The notes below the pieces were generated by a model. It had not been told where the DNA came from. It did not search any database and worked only from the letters and a program-made list of their open reading frames with translations. A DNA stretch of 64,000 bases from Rhodosorus marinus CCMP1338 (Eukaryota > Plantae > Rhodophyta), in contig JAMWBK010000006.1 of NCBI GenBank assembly GCA_029953675.1, positions 1,054,001 to 1,118,000 on the forward strand, written 5' to 3'. Of this stretch, positions 1-11,500 are shown piece after piece. Within the stretch, counting starts at the first letter, position 1. Each line of letters begins with the position of its first letter. Position numbers and translations under genes: made by a program.

Positions 1-81
1 TACTGTGGATACAGGTGCGATGAGGACATTGTCGTTTTGGATGACTTCTTGTACGCGGAGCCACAGAGCATCTTCGGTTAA
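1..81 (+). CDS. Secreted 266-aa tandem-array protein, copy 1 (3' end only, truncated by window edge)
   Basis: Frame 1 reads YCGYRCDEDIVVLDDFLYAEPQSIFG*, identical to the C-terminus of copy 2, followed by the same 3' flank with AATAAA at 157-162. Confidence 0.93.
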   Translation, partial: YCGYRCDEDIVVLDDFLYAEPQSIFG

Positions 82-2450
82 GAAGGATTTTTGATAGAGA
101 ACATCCGATATCCTACAAGTATCTAGTAGGGACCCTTTCAGTGGGTTGTACATATCAATAAATCGGAAACATCCTACTTGCTACAGAAACTTAAGACTCG
201 GAAATTCAGAGCAGAATGAAACAAGAGCTCGGTTTCTCGTCCTTTGGTCATACACTTAACCCAATCGTAGCGCTGTGTTCAATAGGAGTCAGTAGAGTCC
301 TACACTACTGTAGAGCTCTCCACAGTATCGAGTAAATACCAGAAACTAGGAACTAGCATTTGTGGCAAGGCCTGTGCACTTGCACTTGAACTCATTGGAA
401 CGAGAATAATACTGCGCTGCAGAGTAGAACGAAGAGTAAACGATGCCTTTGGCGTCGTTTTCTATTTCGACAGGCAGGCTCGAGAATAATACTGCGCTTG
501 CAGAGATAAACGAAGTGAAGCCGACGGCGTTGATGAAGTTTTCTACCTCGATAACGAGGCTCTAGACACGTATTTTCTTCTCCTATTGATCTTACTTCCT
601 GTTTTGGGTGGCGGTGGATCGGGTCTGTCGGTGGAGAAACGAAGTTGAGATTTCGTCGGCCGTTTGGAAATGGAAAGGGGAGAAGAGGGGCAGGGGCGTT
701 CCGGTAGATAGACGAGTATGGGATTGAATTTCGCCCAACGGAGTGTTGAGATAATTTGCTGCGCGTTCAAGCGGATCACCTCACCTGTCATGCTAAACGG
801 GGGATTTCCTTACATGCAAAAATTTCGCGAATCTACGGACTGTGTTCTTGGGGACGAGCTCCTTCGACCGAGAAACGTCGAAAACCTGCCAAGGGCCAAC
901 GCTAATTCGAATAATGTTGACTCGAGCTAAACGAAGCTTTCAGTAAGATTTGCGCAGCATGAGCCCCATAAATTCTGATTCCCATATGCAACCTAAAACA
1001 TGAGCAGATCCGCTGAACAGGTTGGGGAATTGGCGAGGGCTAAAAGGAGTCGGAATCCATATGTGACGGATTCCCGTCGGATGCATTTCGCGAATACGAA
1101 CGGTTCCAATTTAATAATCGGCTTGTTCACATGCACACCTCGCTTATGGAAAGGGTAAATACTATTTCAGAACTACTCTCCAATTAATATTTTAAACAAT
1201 TCAAGACAAGGTTGACGAAAGGAGCTTTAGTTTTTGAGCCAATACACTGATTTTTCCGTTTGTATTTTATTCGCAACTGGATTGGCTAGCAGTTTTTTTG
1301 TTTTTCTTAAAACGTAGTCGGAATTCGCTCTTTTCGAAGCTAAATTTTTTCTTGTCGACCAATTGTTATACCGAGAAAGAGTAGGCCCCTTTCAAAACCA
1401 ATCCAAATTTTAGCCCCAATATTTTTATTAAACAAATTCATTCAATATATATTGCGCGCTTATGTACTGCTGTCGATGTTGGAGCGCGCGATCTTCACTC
1501 GCGTGGTCTTTTTTTCGCTTCGGGGGTTTTTTCTTCAGTTTCCGATTAAACAGATTCATTCAATATTTTTGCGATCAACTATTAAACACACACAAGGCTT
1601 GCGTAATTATTCCCTCTAACCTGTGTTTCAATGTTTTTTGAAGAATTACGAGCCCGGCTAAGCGTCAGGATCAGCGGGGGGATCTGTCTTTGATTACAGA
1701 TTACATATGCTGATTAGCAAAGGTGACACGGAAAGGTTGAATGCATCATTTTTTTTTGTTAGCGTATTTTATTTTCTATTTACGTGCGGGAGGTTAGGAT
1801 TTCACCCCTTTTGCTACGCGTTTTTTTCATTGAGGATTGGATTTTTTTTGTAGTCCGTTCTAACACAGAGGCGAGGGGATAAAACGGGTAAAGGCCGGGA
1901 AACACAGTGTAATTCTGTCCTGGGATGACACCTCGCCCACGAAGTATGCATTGATGTCCGCTGACAAGGCGAATGTTGCCCCTGGTAAACGGTCAATCAG
2001 GTTTACACGGGAAAAAAATCGGATAAATGAAATGTCACAGATGTTGGGCTGTCCTGCTCAGGCCCGGTTTTCGGGGCTAGCTAACTTTTGAACATTTTCC
2101 AAGGGCCAATGATGGTTTCAAAAATTTTTACTGGGCACGAGTCCCTGGATTCCGGTGCTTGTAGGCAACCAGAACTTTCGACAGATCTGAAAAAGTTCAA
2201 GAAATCCGGCGAGGGCTAAGCCGTGGGAACCTGTATGGGACAGACGTCTGCCGTTTAGTAACGGAAGTCTTTGGGTCCCCTCCTCGCAGGGAAAGGGGAC
2301 GAAAATCAGTACATTCTGTGCTCCTTGTGGATGCAACAAATGGGGCGAACTATCGCAGAGTGCGACGGTGGAAACCTCGATTCCGTTTACCTTGCGGATG
2401 CCTTACTTGGCCCACCACTTTGTCATCCCTATTGTCATCCCTATACAGAC

Positions 2451-2459
2451 TATATATAG
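2451..2459 (+). promoter_or_regulatory. TATA box of array gene (same position in all six complete copies)
   Basis: TATATATAG starts exactly 137 nt before the ATG at 2451, 7606, 12495, 16845, 20175 and 23585. Confidence 0.8.
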
Positions 2460-2587
2460 CTGATCCTCCTGCTCCTTCTACATTCGGGTACTCGAAACTC
2501 ATCAAGCACCAGAGACAGTAGCATTGACGGAGACCCAGAGAAGATCAGCAAAGAGACTGTTAGAGAAGACTACATTCAAGGAAGACC

Positions 2588-3388
2588 ATGAAGACTGCTG
2601 TGTATATCGCACTTGTGGCGGCATTGGTTGCCGTTCTCGGTGTAGCAGAGGCGGCGCCGTTCGTCTGCAAGGACCCACACTTCCAGAAGCCCAACTTCAG
2701 GACCATCACTCACGGCCAGAGCCACAACGCACACGGTTTGAAAACCGCCTTCGACTACTTCAAGGATATTCTTGGAGGCAAAGACAACGGAAGCAACCCG
2801 GGACCACTCAGGAAAGGACACCGATCTATCAACTGGGATGCTCCAGTTGTTCCCTTTGAGTTCCCGAGGAAGTTCTTCGAAGAGACCGTCACTCGTGGAC
2901 TCGCTGTCGCAAGCAAGAACAACAAGTTCCGTGTGAGCAACCCGGAACCCAACCACATCGGTGACGACAAGTTCTCCACCATCAACCACCGTGAGTCCAA
3001 GAAGTTCCAGACCTTCAGCCCCAAGAGACTCTTCACACCGATCAAGGACAACGAGTTCTGGATCCGATTCACGGTCCCTGGAAAGAAGACCAAGGCTGTG
3101 GTGAGAGGATTCGGAGCGGTGTTCGTGGGCGTTGACTTGGAGAGAGTGACCAAGATGACTGCCTACGACATCAACGACTGTGTGATCGCGACCGAGTACG
3201 TTGAGGCGAAGAGGAACGGACTGTCGTTCCTTGGATTCTACTTCGAGAAGCCGATCATTGCCCGTGTTGCGATTGAGCTTGGCAACTTCGAGATCGATGC
3301 GAGGAACTACTGTGGATACAGGTGCGATGAGGACATTGTCGTTTTGGATGACTTCTTGTACGCGGAGCCACAGAGCATCTTCGGTTAA
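2588..3388 (+). CDS. Secreted 266-aa tandem-array protein, copy 2 (bacterial PEP-CTERM-associated-like domain, no sorting tail)
   Basis: Intronless ORF with signal peptide MKTAVYIALVAALVAVLGVAEA. Strongly C/G-ending codons, TATATATAG 137 nt upstream, AATAAA 76 nt after the stop. Motifs GGKDNG..PGP..G.RSINWD, FQTFSPKRLFTP, GFGAVF.GVDL, LSFLG, DIVVLDDFLYAEPQ. Confidence 0.95.
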   Translation: MKTAVYIALVAALVAVLGVAEAAPFVCKDPHFQKPNFRTITHGQSHNAHGLKTAFDYFKDILGGKDNGSNPGPLRKGHRSINWDAPVVPFEFPRKFFEETVTRGLAVASKNNKFRVSNPEPNHIGDDKFSTINHRESKKFQTFSPKRLFTPIKDNEFWIRFTVPGKKTKAVVRGFGAVFVGVDLERVTKMTAYDINDCVIATEYVEAKRNGLSFLGFYFEKPIIARVAIELGNFEIDARNYCGYRCDEDIVVLDDFLYAEPQSIFG

Positions 3389-3463
3389 GAAGGATTTTTG
3401 ATAGAGAACATCCGATATCCTACAAGTATCTAGTAGGGACCCTTTCAGTGGGTTGTACATATC

Positions 3464-3469
3464 AATAAA
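3464..3469 (+). terminator. Putative polyadenylation signal of array gene
   Basis: AATAAA in the conserved context catatcAATAAA, ~75-95 nt after the stop in every copy. Confidence 0.65.
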
Positions 3470-6400
3470 TCGGAAACATCCTACTTGCTACAGAAACTTA
3501 AGACTCGGCAATCCACAGTAGAAAAAAACAAGAGCTCGGTTTCTCGTCCTTTGGTCATGCACTTAACCCAATCGTAGCGCTGTGTTCAAGAAGAATCAGT
3601 AGATTCGTACACTACTATAGAGCTCTCCACAGTATCTTGTGAATACCAGAAAGTAGAAAAAACTACCCATCTCAGCAACGCTTGCGCACTTACAGTTCAA
3701 CTCACTGGACGAGCGTACTACTGCGCTGAAGAGTAGAACGAAGAGTATTCGATGTCCTTGGTGAGGTTTTCTATTTCGACAGCAAGGCTCAAGACGCTGT
3801 TTAAAACGCTTGCTGAACTGACTAGAAGCAAACTGCACTTCGCAAACTATCTGGCGGTCCCTAAACCATAGGCTGGAATATCCCAGGAACCATCGGCGTC
3901 CGGGTAGCCTATGGTCGGTCCCTGACTGCAAATGAACGTGTTCATTCGGAGACTGGAAAAGCAAGCCGAGGGGAAAAACAAGACTACTACTGAAGGCGAA
4001 GACCATGGCCTCCAACAACCAAGCAGCGTATATAGGAAGAAACTTGAAGTCGATGAACGTATAAAGTTTGTTGGGAGGCTGAGAAGAAAAACCGAGGGCG
4101 AAAAAGGACTAGTGAAGGCGAAGGTCACGCGCCTCCAACGTCAAAGTAGCGTTCATACGCCTGGACAGGAAACTCAAACGGGCAAATAAGGTGGAGAGCC
4201 GGTCGGAGCGGTCGCGGAACCTTTCAGACAAGGTGAACGGGAACCAACGGAATCCCTTAAGCCAATGCTAGAAGTACCGAGTGGAATACCCAAGGATTCC
4301 GGTACCCGAAAATCAAGTATTCGATTGTGATGCCCGGGTAACCCAGAATACTCCTGCACAGTGTAACTCTTGTTGAGAGTGTACATACGTAGAGCGTGGG
4401 ATATGTCTTAATATGTATGGCTATGAGTTCAAGATGCTCCTATGATTTAGTACTCAGGAAATTTTGTGAGGCTTGGCGCTGTTGGTGGTTTTGAGTTCTC
4501 GTCTACAGTAGTAGAAATGCTTTTGGGTCCTGGGGTCACGTAGTTTAGCCACCCGGCGAGTTTGACTTGTTGTTTGGCGAGGGATCAAAGGGGCTTTTGC
4601 AGTGAGCGAGAAATCGTCGACCCGGAAGACCCATCAGCTGTCCCAAGTTCACTTGCATAGCTGATCTGTAGTATTTTTGAGGTCCGATCGGGAAGACACA
4701 GGCTCCAGGTGCAGAATGGATTCGCGCCCGATGTTTTCCGTGGATCTTACAATCCGCGAGGAGACGATTTGGAAAGTTTGACGCGTGAATCTCTCGAGAG
4801 AGGATTTGGTGTAGAGGACCATCTTGCCAACGACGCTGGTTGGTAGTCCGGTTGTTGTCGGGGGGTTCCGTTAGCTAAAAAAGTGTAATTTGTGGTAAGT
4901 TGCGAGGATGGGTCAGGGGGCACATGTATTTTCTTGATAGCCGCACGAACTGAGAGATTTTGGGTAGGGGAGGTTGTGCTGAGTGGGAAATACCTCGTTG
5001 ACCTGGGGTTGTAAGGCCTCCTGACGTGATGGAATGTGCGTTGTTGCCCTTCCACAAGCCCTGCAATATGCCCGGTCTTGGCTTTTGGCACCCCTCCCCT
5101 CCTGATCTAAAGTGATCCAAAAAGAAGGGTGAGGTATCACGAGCCCAGTACGCCACGGAAAACGGAAAAGTGTTGAATCCAATCGCAGTCATCAGTTTTT
5201 CCCTAGAATCTTGGAACCACCGTAAGCTAGGTTTGCACTTGCATATAAAATTAGACGATCTTACGCTGTTCGACACTGTTCGATAGTGGATTGGCCAAAA
5301 CAGTTTGAGTTTGTCATGAGAACCGAAAGTTGCAATATATTCAAGAATATCTTCACCAAATTATTGCACCTGTTGAATTGGACCTCTCAATCCTGCCTCG
5401 AATTGTTTTCGCCCCCTTTTTTGAAAAATGAAATGGTTTATAGGTTGTGCAAAGCGCCGTCCACGCAGCCGTCAGCAGCCGAGACGAGCTCGGGTTCGGT
5501 GCAACCCGCGCCATAAAGGTCTTCAAGTCTGTTTTGATTCAGTCGGGAATTTACTGGTCTCCATATGCAGCAGATGAAAATTTGTAGTTACTATTATTTG
5601 TTTTTTAGGTTTACATATGCAGACTCCCAGGCTTTTCGTATTGAGCTGACTTCCTTTTTTGTTGAGGGGTGGATCGCGTATGTCGGTGGCGAAACTAAGT
5701 TCAGATTTGGCGGGCGTTTGAAAGGGGAGGGGGAAAAGAGGGGAAGGGGGGTTCCGGTAGATCGATGAGGATGGGATTCTACTCGGTAAACGACGCGTTG
5801 AGAAAATTTGCGTCACGCTAAATGGGGATTTCCTGACACACGAAAATGTCGCGAATCTACGGACTGTATTCTTGGACGGTTCCTTCGACCGCGAAACGTC
5901 GAATATAATGTTGACTCGAGCCAAATGCAGTTTTCAGTAATATTCGCGAAACATGAGCCCGTGAATTCTGGCTCACATATGCAACCTGAAACTTGGACAG
6001 ATCTGCAGAACATTGGGGAATTAGTACAGCTTGAAAGGTATAGGAATCCACACGGCACAGCCGTCTGCCGGGTCGTTTCATAGCCCAAGTTTTTAGGGCT
6101 CTCATCACGGATAACGGAAGAAATTCGGCAGGGTCTGTGCTTATGAAAGATGTAACAAATATGATATACCTTTACAGCGTGCAATAATCGGAATCACGTC
6201 CCAACGACTTCGACACTAACCCATTTCCCTCCCGACTGCCCTCCCCGTTAAACTTGCCTAGCCCAGAACGTCTTGACTCTGCTAAAGTGGTGGTTTGAAA
6301 TACTTGCGTTCCAGGTAGGCCTCAACTAGGTCACGCAGAGGAAGCGTTTAGAGCTAGCCGCTCCACCCGGCGAATCCAAACTCTTAAAAAGCACCTAATT

Positions 6401-6715
6401 CGCCAACTTCTACACCTTCCGCAAGGGGCCCGCGAAAACGGTTAATTCGATTGAACCAAGCATGCTCTGACCAACATATTTAAGTAATTCAAACAACGAT
6501 TCTCACAAGCCCTTATATTTATATAAAAACACACACCTTTTTGTATGCTTCTTATTTATGCTTAATTGGCAGACGGGGTCTGTTTTTCTTAAGAAGCAGT
6601 CTAAATCTGATCCTTTTTAACCTTTTTGGTCTTCTTTTGGCCACGACTATACCTAGAATAGTGGGTCCTCCCAAGTCCCATATGAATTTTAGCCCCATTA
6701 TCTACTCAGAGGTCT

Positions 6716-6763
6716 GAGGGTATTGATTAAGCCTCAGATCCCTGAGGCTTAATCAATACTCTC
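6716..6763. repeat. Perfect 18-bp inverted repeat with 4-nt loop
   Basis: gtattgattaagcctcag (6720-6737) - atcc - ctgaggcttaatcaatac (6742-6759); extends 3 more pairs past one mismatch. Confidence 0.9.
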
Positions 6764-7742
6764 CTGATGGATGCCGTCCGATGCGACGTGGAGGACCTAC
6801 TAGGCTCGGTGTAACCTCAGGAGCGGCGTGCTGATCTGCTTTGATTGTTGCTTACACCCCTTGTTTAGCGAAGGTGACAATGAAAGATTCAATGGATCGT
6901 ATTTTTCGGTGAGTTTATTTTTCCTTAATAAAGAGACGGGGGAAAGGGGGGTTAGATTTAGATTCTATCACTCTTGTCAAGCGTGGAGCGTTTTCATGGA
7001 TTGGGCTTTGTGTCGGGTCCATATACAATAAGACCGCGGCGAGGGGCGAAAACGGGTTTGGGGAGGTGGAGAGTGAGAATCTGCCTCGTGCATGGGCACC
7101 TCGCCCAACGCAGTGTGTGGGTAGGTTTGATGTCCGCCGCAAGGTGACTGATGTCCCTATAACAATCAATCAGTTTTGTTCTGAAACAAAAATCGGATAA
7201 ATCAAAGGTCACGGAAGTCGGGCTGTGCTCCTCAGCTCGGTTCTAGTCTAGCGAACTTTTGAACATTTTCCAAGGGCCTACAATGGTTTCGAAAATGTTT
7301 ACTGGGCACGAGCCCCTGAGTTTCGGTGCTCGTAGGCAACCTGAACTTTGGGCTCTGCGGAACTTCAGGAGATCCGGCGAGGGCTAAAAGGTGTGGGAAC
7401 CTATGTTGGACAGCGGTTTATCTTTTAATAGAGGAAGTTTTTCGGTCCCTCGTCCCAAGGACTAAACGAAAATCCGTAGATTCCGTGCTCCTTGCGGGTG
7501 CAACAAATGGGGCGAACTATACCAGAGTGAGATGATGGCAATCTCGATTCCGTTTACCTTGCGGATGCCATGCTTGCCCACCACTTTGTCACCCCTCTTG
7601 CAGACTATATATAGCTGATCCTCCAGTTCCTTCTACATCCTGGTACTCGAAGCTCATCAAACACCAGAGACAGTAGCATTGACGGAGACCCAGAGAAGAT
7701 CAGCAAAGAGACTGTTAGAGAAGACTACATTCAAGGAGGATC

Positions 7743-8543
7743 ATGAAGACTGCTGTGTATATCGCACTTGTGGCGGCATTGGTTGCCGTTCTCGGTGTAT
7801 CGGAAGCGGCGCCGTTCGTCTGCAAGGACCCCCACTTCCAGAAGCCCAACTTCAGGACCATCACTCACGGCCAGAGCCACAACGCACACGGTTTGACAAC
7901 CGCCTTCGAGTACTTCAAGGATATTCTTGGAGGCAAAGACAACGGAAGCAACCCGGGACCACTCAGGAAAGGACACCGATCTATTAACTGGGATGCCCCA
8001 GTCGTTCCCTTTGAGTTCCCGAGGAAGTTCTTCGAAGAGACTGTCACCCGTGGACTCGCTGTCGCAAGCAAGAACAACAAGTTCCGTGTGAGCAACCCTG
8101 AACCCAACCACATCGGTGACGACAAGTTCTCCACCATCAACCACCGTGAGTCCAAGAAGTTCCAGACCTTCAGCCCCAAGAGACTGTTCACACCGATCAA
8201 GGACAACGAGTTCTGGATCCGGTTCACGGTCCCTGGAAAGAAGACCAAGGCTGTGGTGAGAGGATTCGGAGCGGTGTTCGTGGGCGTTGACTTGGAGAGA
8301 GTGACCAAGATGACTGCCTACGACATCAACGACTGTGTGATCGCGTCCGAGTACGTTGAGGCGAAGAGGAACGGACTGTCGTTCCTTGGATTCTACTTCG
8401 AGAAGCCGATCATTGCCCGTGTTGCGATTGAGCTTGGCAACTTCGAGATCGATGCGAGGAACTACTGTGGATACAGGTGCGATGAGGACATTGTCGTTTT
8501 GGATGACTTCTTGTACGCGGAGCCACAGAGCATCTTCGGTTAA
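7743..8543 (+). CDS. Secreted 266-aa tandem-array protein, copy 3
   Basis: Intact ORF, 4 aa differences from copy 2 (A20S, K52T, D56E, T202S). TATA at 7606. Confidence 0.95.
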   Translation: MKTAVYIALVAALVAVLGVSEAAPFVCKDPHFQKPNFRTITHGQSHNAHGLTTAFEYFKDILGGKDNGSNPGPLRKGHRSINWDAPVVPFEFPRKFFEETVTRGLAVASKNNKFRVSNPEPNHIGDDKFSTINHRESKKFQTFSPKRLFTPIKDNEFWIRFTVPGKKTKAVVRGFGAVFVGVDLERVTKMTAYDINDCVIASEYVEAKRNGLSFLGFYFEKPIIARVAIELGNFEIDARNYCGYRCDEDIVVLDDFLYAEPQSIFG

Positions 8544-11500
8544 GAAGGATTTTTGATAGAGAACATCCGATATCCTACAAGTATCTAGTAGGGACCCTTT
8601 CAGTGGGTTGTGCATATCAATAAATCGGAAACATCCTACTTGCTACAGAAACTTAAGACTCGGAAATTCAGAGCAGAATGAAACAAGAGCTCGGTTTCCC
8701 GTCCTTTGGTCGTACACTTAACCCAATCGTAACGCTATGTTCAATAGGGGTCAGTAGAGTCCTACACTACTATAGAGCTCTCCTCAGTATCGTGTGAATA
8801 CCAGAAACTAGGAACTAGCATTTGTGGCAAGGCCTGTGCACTTGCACTTGAACATTGGAACGAGAACAATACTGCGCTGCAGAGTATAGCGAAGAGGAGC
8901 CGACGGAGTGGATCAGGTTTTCTATCTCGACATCAAAACTCGAGAAGCCTGTTTAAAGCACTTGCTAAACTGCCTGGAAGCAAACTGCGCTTCCAAACTA
9001 TGCAGCGGTCCCTAAACCGGCTGGAATATCGCAGCAACAGTCGGCTTCCCGGTAGCTTCTGGTCGGTCCCTGACTGAAAATGAATGTGTTCATTCGGGGA
9101 GACTGAAAAAGAAAACCGACGGGAAAACAAGACTACTGAAGGCGAAGACCATGCGCCACCAACATCAAAGCAGCGTTTATATATAGAAACTTGAATTCAA
9201 TGAACGTGTTTATCAGATACTGGAAAGAGGAAGCCGAGGTGGAAAAAAGACTAGTGAACGCGAAGATCACGCGGCTCTGACGTCAAAGCAGCGTTCATAC
9301 ACCAGAACAGGAAATTCAAACTGGTTTACAACGAGGAGAGCTAGTCGGGGCGCTCGCGGAACAATTCGCAACGTCAACGGGCACCAACGGAATCCATCAC
9401 GGCCATTCTCGAAGTATCGTAGTGGAATAAGCCGGAGCAACGATCCCGCTGTGCGAAAATCAAGTATTCGGTTGTGATGTCCTAGTAAAATGGATTACTC
9501 CTGCACAGTAAAGCTTTCCACTTGTTGAGAGTGTTCATCGGTAGAGCGTGGAATACGTCTTTGGCGCGAGGTCAACTGGGCTTCCGCCGTGAGCGAGTAA
9601 TTCTCGACCCGGAAAACCCATCAGCTGTACCAAGTTCACATGCATCGCTGTTCTGGTTATGTTTTTTTAGCTCCACCGAGAAGGCACAGGCTCCAGGTGC
9701 AGGATGGATTCGCGCTCGATGTTTTTGGTGTTCTTACGATCCGCGACCAGCCGATGTGGAAAGCTTGAAGAGTGAGCCTCTCGAGCGAGGATCTGGTGTA
9801 GGAACCCTCTTGCCAACGACGCTGGTTGGTAGTCTGATTGTTGTCAGAGGTGTCCGTTAGGTGAAAAAGGGTTGCTAGTGGTAAGTTGTTCGGACAGGTC
9901 AGGGGGCGGATGTATATCTTGATTACCGCACGAGCTCAGAGATTTTGGGTAGGGGAGGTCGTCCGTGAGTGGGAAATACGTCTTGGACTTGGGGTTTCAA
10001 CGCCTCCTGCCGTGATGGATTATGCGTTGTTGCCCTTGCACAAGCCCTGCAATATGCCCGGTCTTGGCTTGGCACCCCTCCCTCCTGATCTAAAGTGATC
10101 CAAAAACAAGGGCGAAGTATTATCAGCTCACTCCGCCCGTACGGAAAACGGAAAAGAGCTGAATTCAATGAATTCGCACTCACCAGTTTTTCCCTAGAAT
10201 CTTGAAACCACCATAAACTGCGTTCGCGCTTACATATAAAATTGGATGGTCTTTGTGAGAAACTAACAGTCTTATACACACTTGGACACTATTCGATAGT
10301 GGATTGGCCAAAACATTTTCAGGTTTTCACGAGATCCGAAATTTGTAATATATTCAAGAATATCTTCACCAATTATTGCAAATAGCTGATTTGAACCTCC
10401 CAATCACGCCTCGAATTGTTTCCCGCCGCTTTTTTTTTGAGAAGTGAAATGGTTCGGGTGTTCGCGCAGAGCTTCAAGCTCGGCAGCCGTCAGCAGTCAG
10501 TGAAGAGCTTGGGTCCGGTACGGCCAGCCCCATTGCGGTCTGCAAGTCTGTTTTGATTGCAGCCGGGAGTTTACGAGTCTCCTAAGCGACGATGATGCAA
10601 CAGATGAAAGTTGGTGGTTACTACTATTACTTGTTTTTTAGGAAACCAGATGAAGACTGCCAGACTCTTCGTATTGACCTGAGTTCTTTTGTTTTGAGGG
10701 GTGGATCGGGTATGTTGGTGGAGAAGCGAAGTTCAGATCTCGGCGAGTGCTTGAAAATGAAAGGGGGAGAAGAGGGGAAGGGGTTTCTGGGGTAGATAGA
10801 TTAACTGGGATTGAGCCTCGCCCAACGGTGCGTTTAGAAATTTTCTGCGCGTTGTAAGCCGACCATCTCACCCGACACGTTGAAGGGGGATTTCCTGACA
10901 CATGAAAATGTCGCGAATCTGCGGACCGTGTTCTTGGGGACAAGCTCCTTCAACCGGCAAACGTCGAAAACCTTCCAAGGGCCAACAACAATTTCAATAG
11001 TGTAGACTCGAGCAAAATGAAGATTTCAACAATACTTGAGTAGCATGAGCCCCTGACCTGTCGTTTTCGTAAACCACTTCCCCCTTGGGCGATCTGCAAA
11101 ACATTAGGGGAATTAGTATGCCTTAAAAGCTGTAGGAATCCCTTCGGCACAGCCGTCTGCCGGGTCTGTTTTCGTAACGCAAGTTTTTGGGGTTCTCGTC
11201 ACGGATAATCCAAGAAATTCGGCAGGGCCCGTGCTCCTATGACATGTAACAAATGGGATATTGATACCATTGCAGCGTCCAATAATGGGAATCTCGGTCC
11301 AACGATTTCGACATTAATCATTTCCCTCTCGGATGCCCTTCCCGTACAACCTGCTAGCCCAAAAAGTCTTGAATCTGCTGAAGTGGTGGTTTGAAATACT
11401 ATCCGTTCCACCTAGGTCCCAACTAGGTCACGATGAGGAAACGTTTAGTGGTGGCCGCTCTTCTCCGCGAATGCAAAACCCTTAAAAAGCGCCAAATTCA

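Noticed and set aside
2524-2859. Overlapping upstream ORF MTETQRRSAK... repeated in each unit
   Set aside because: Starts at TTG, its length varies between copies, and its conservation is explained by the homogenised 5' UTR and CDS.
2576-3460. 294-aa antisense ORF over array copies 2 and 3
   Set aside because: A shadow of strong codon bias on the sense strand; broken by silent changes in copies 4-7 (e.g. ctatca gives TGA-TAG on the antisense strand), so not under selection.
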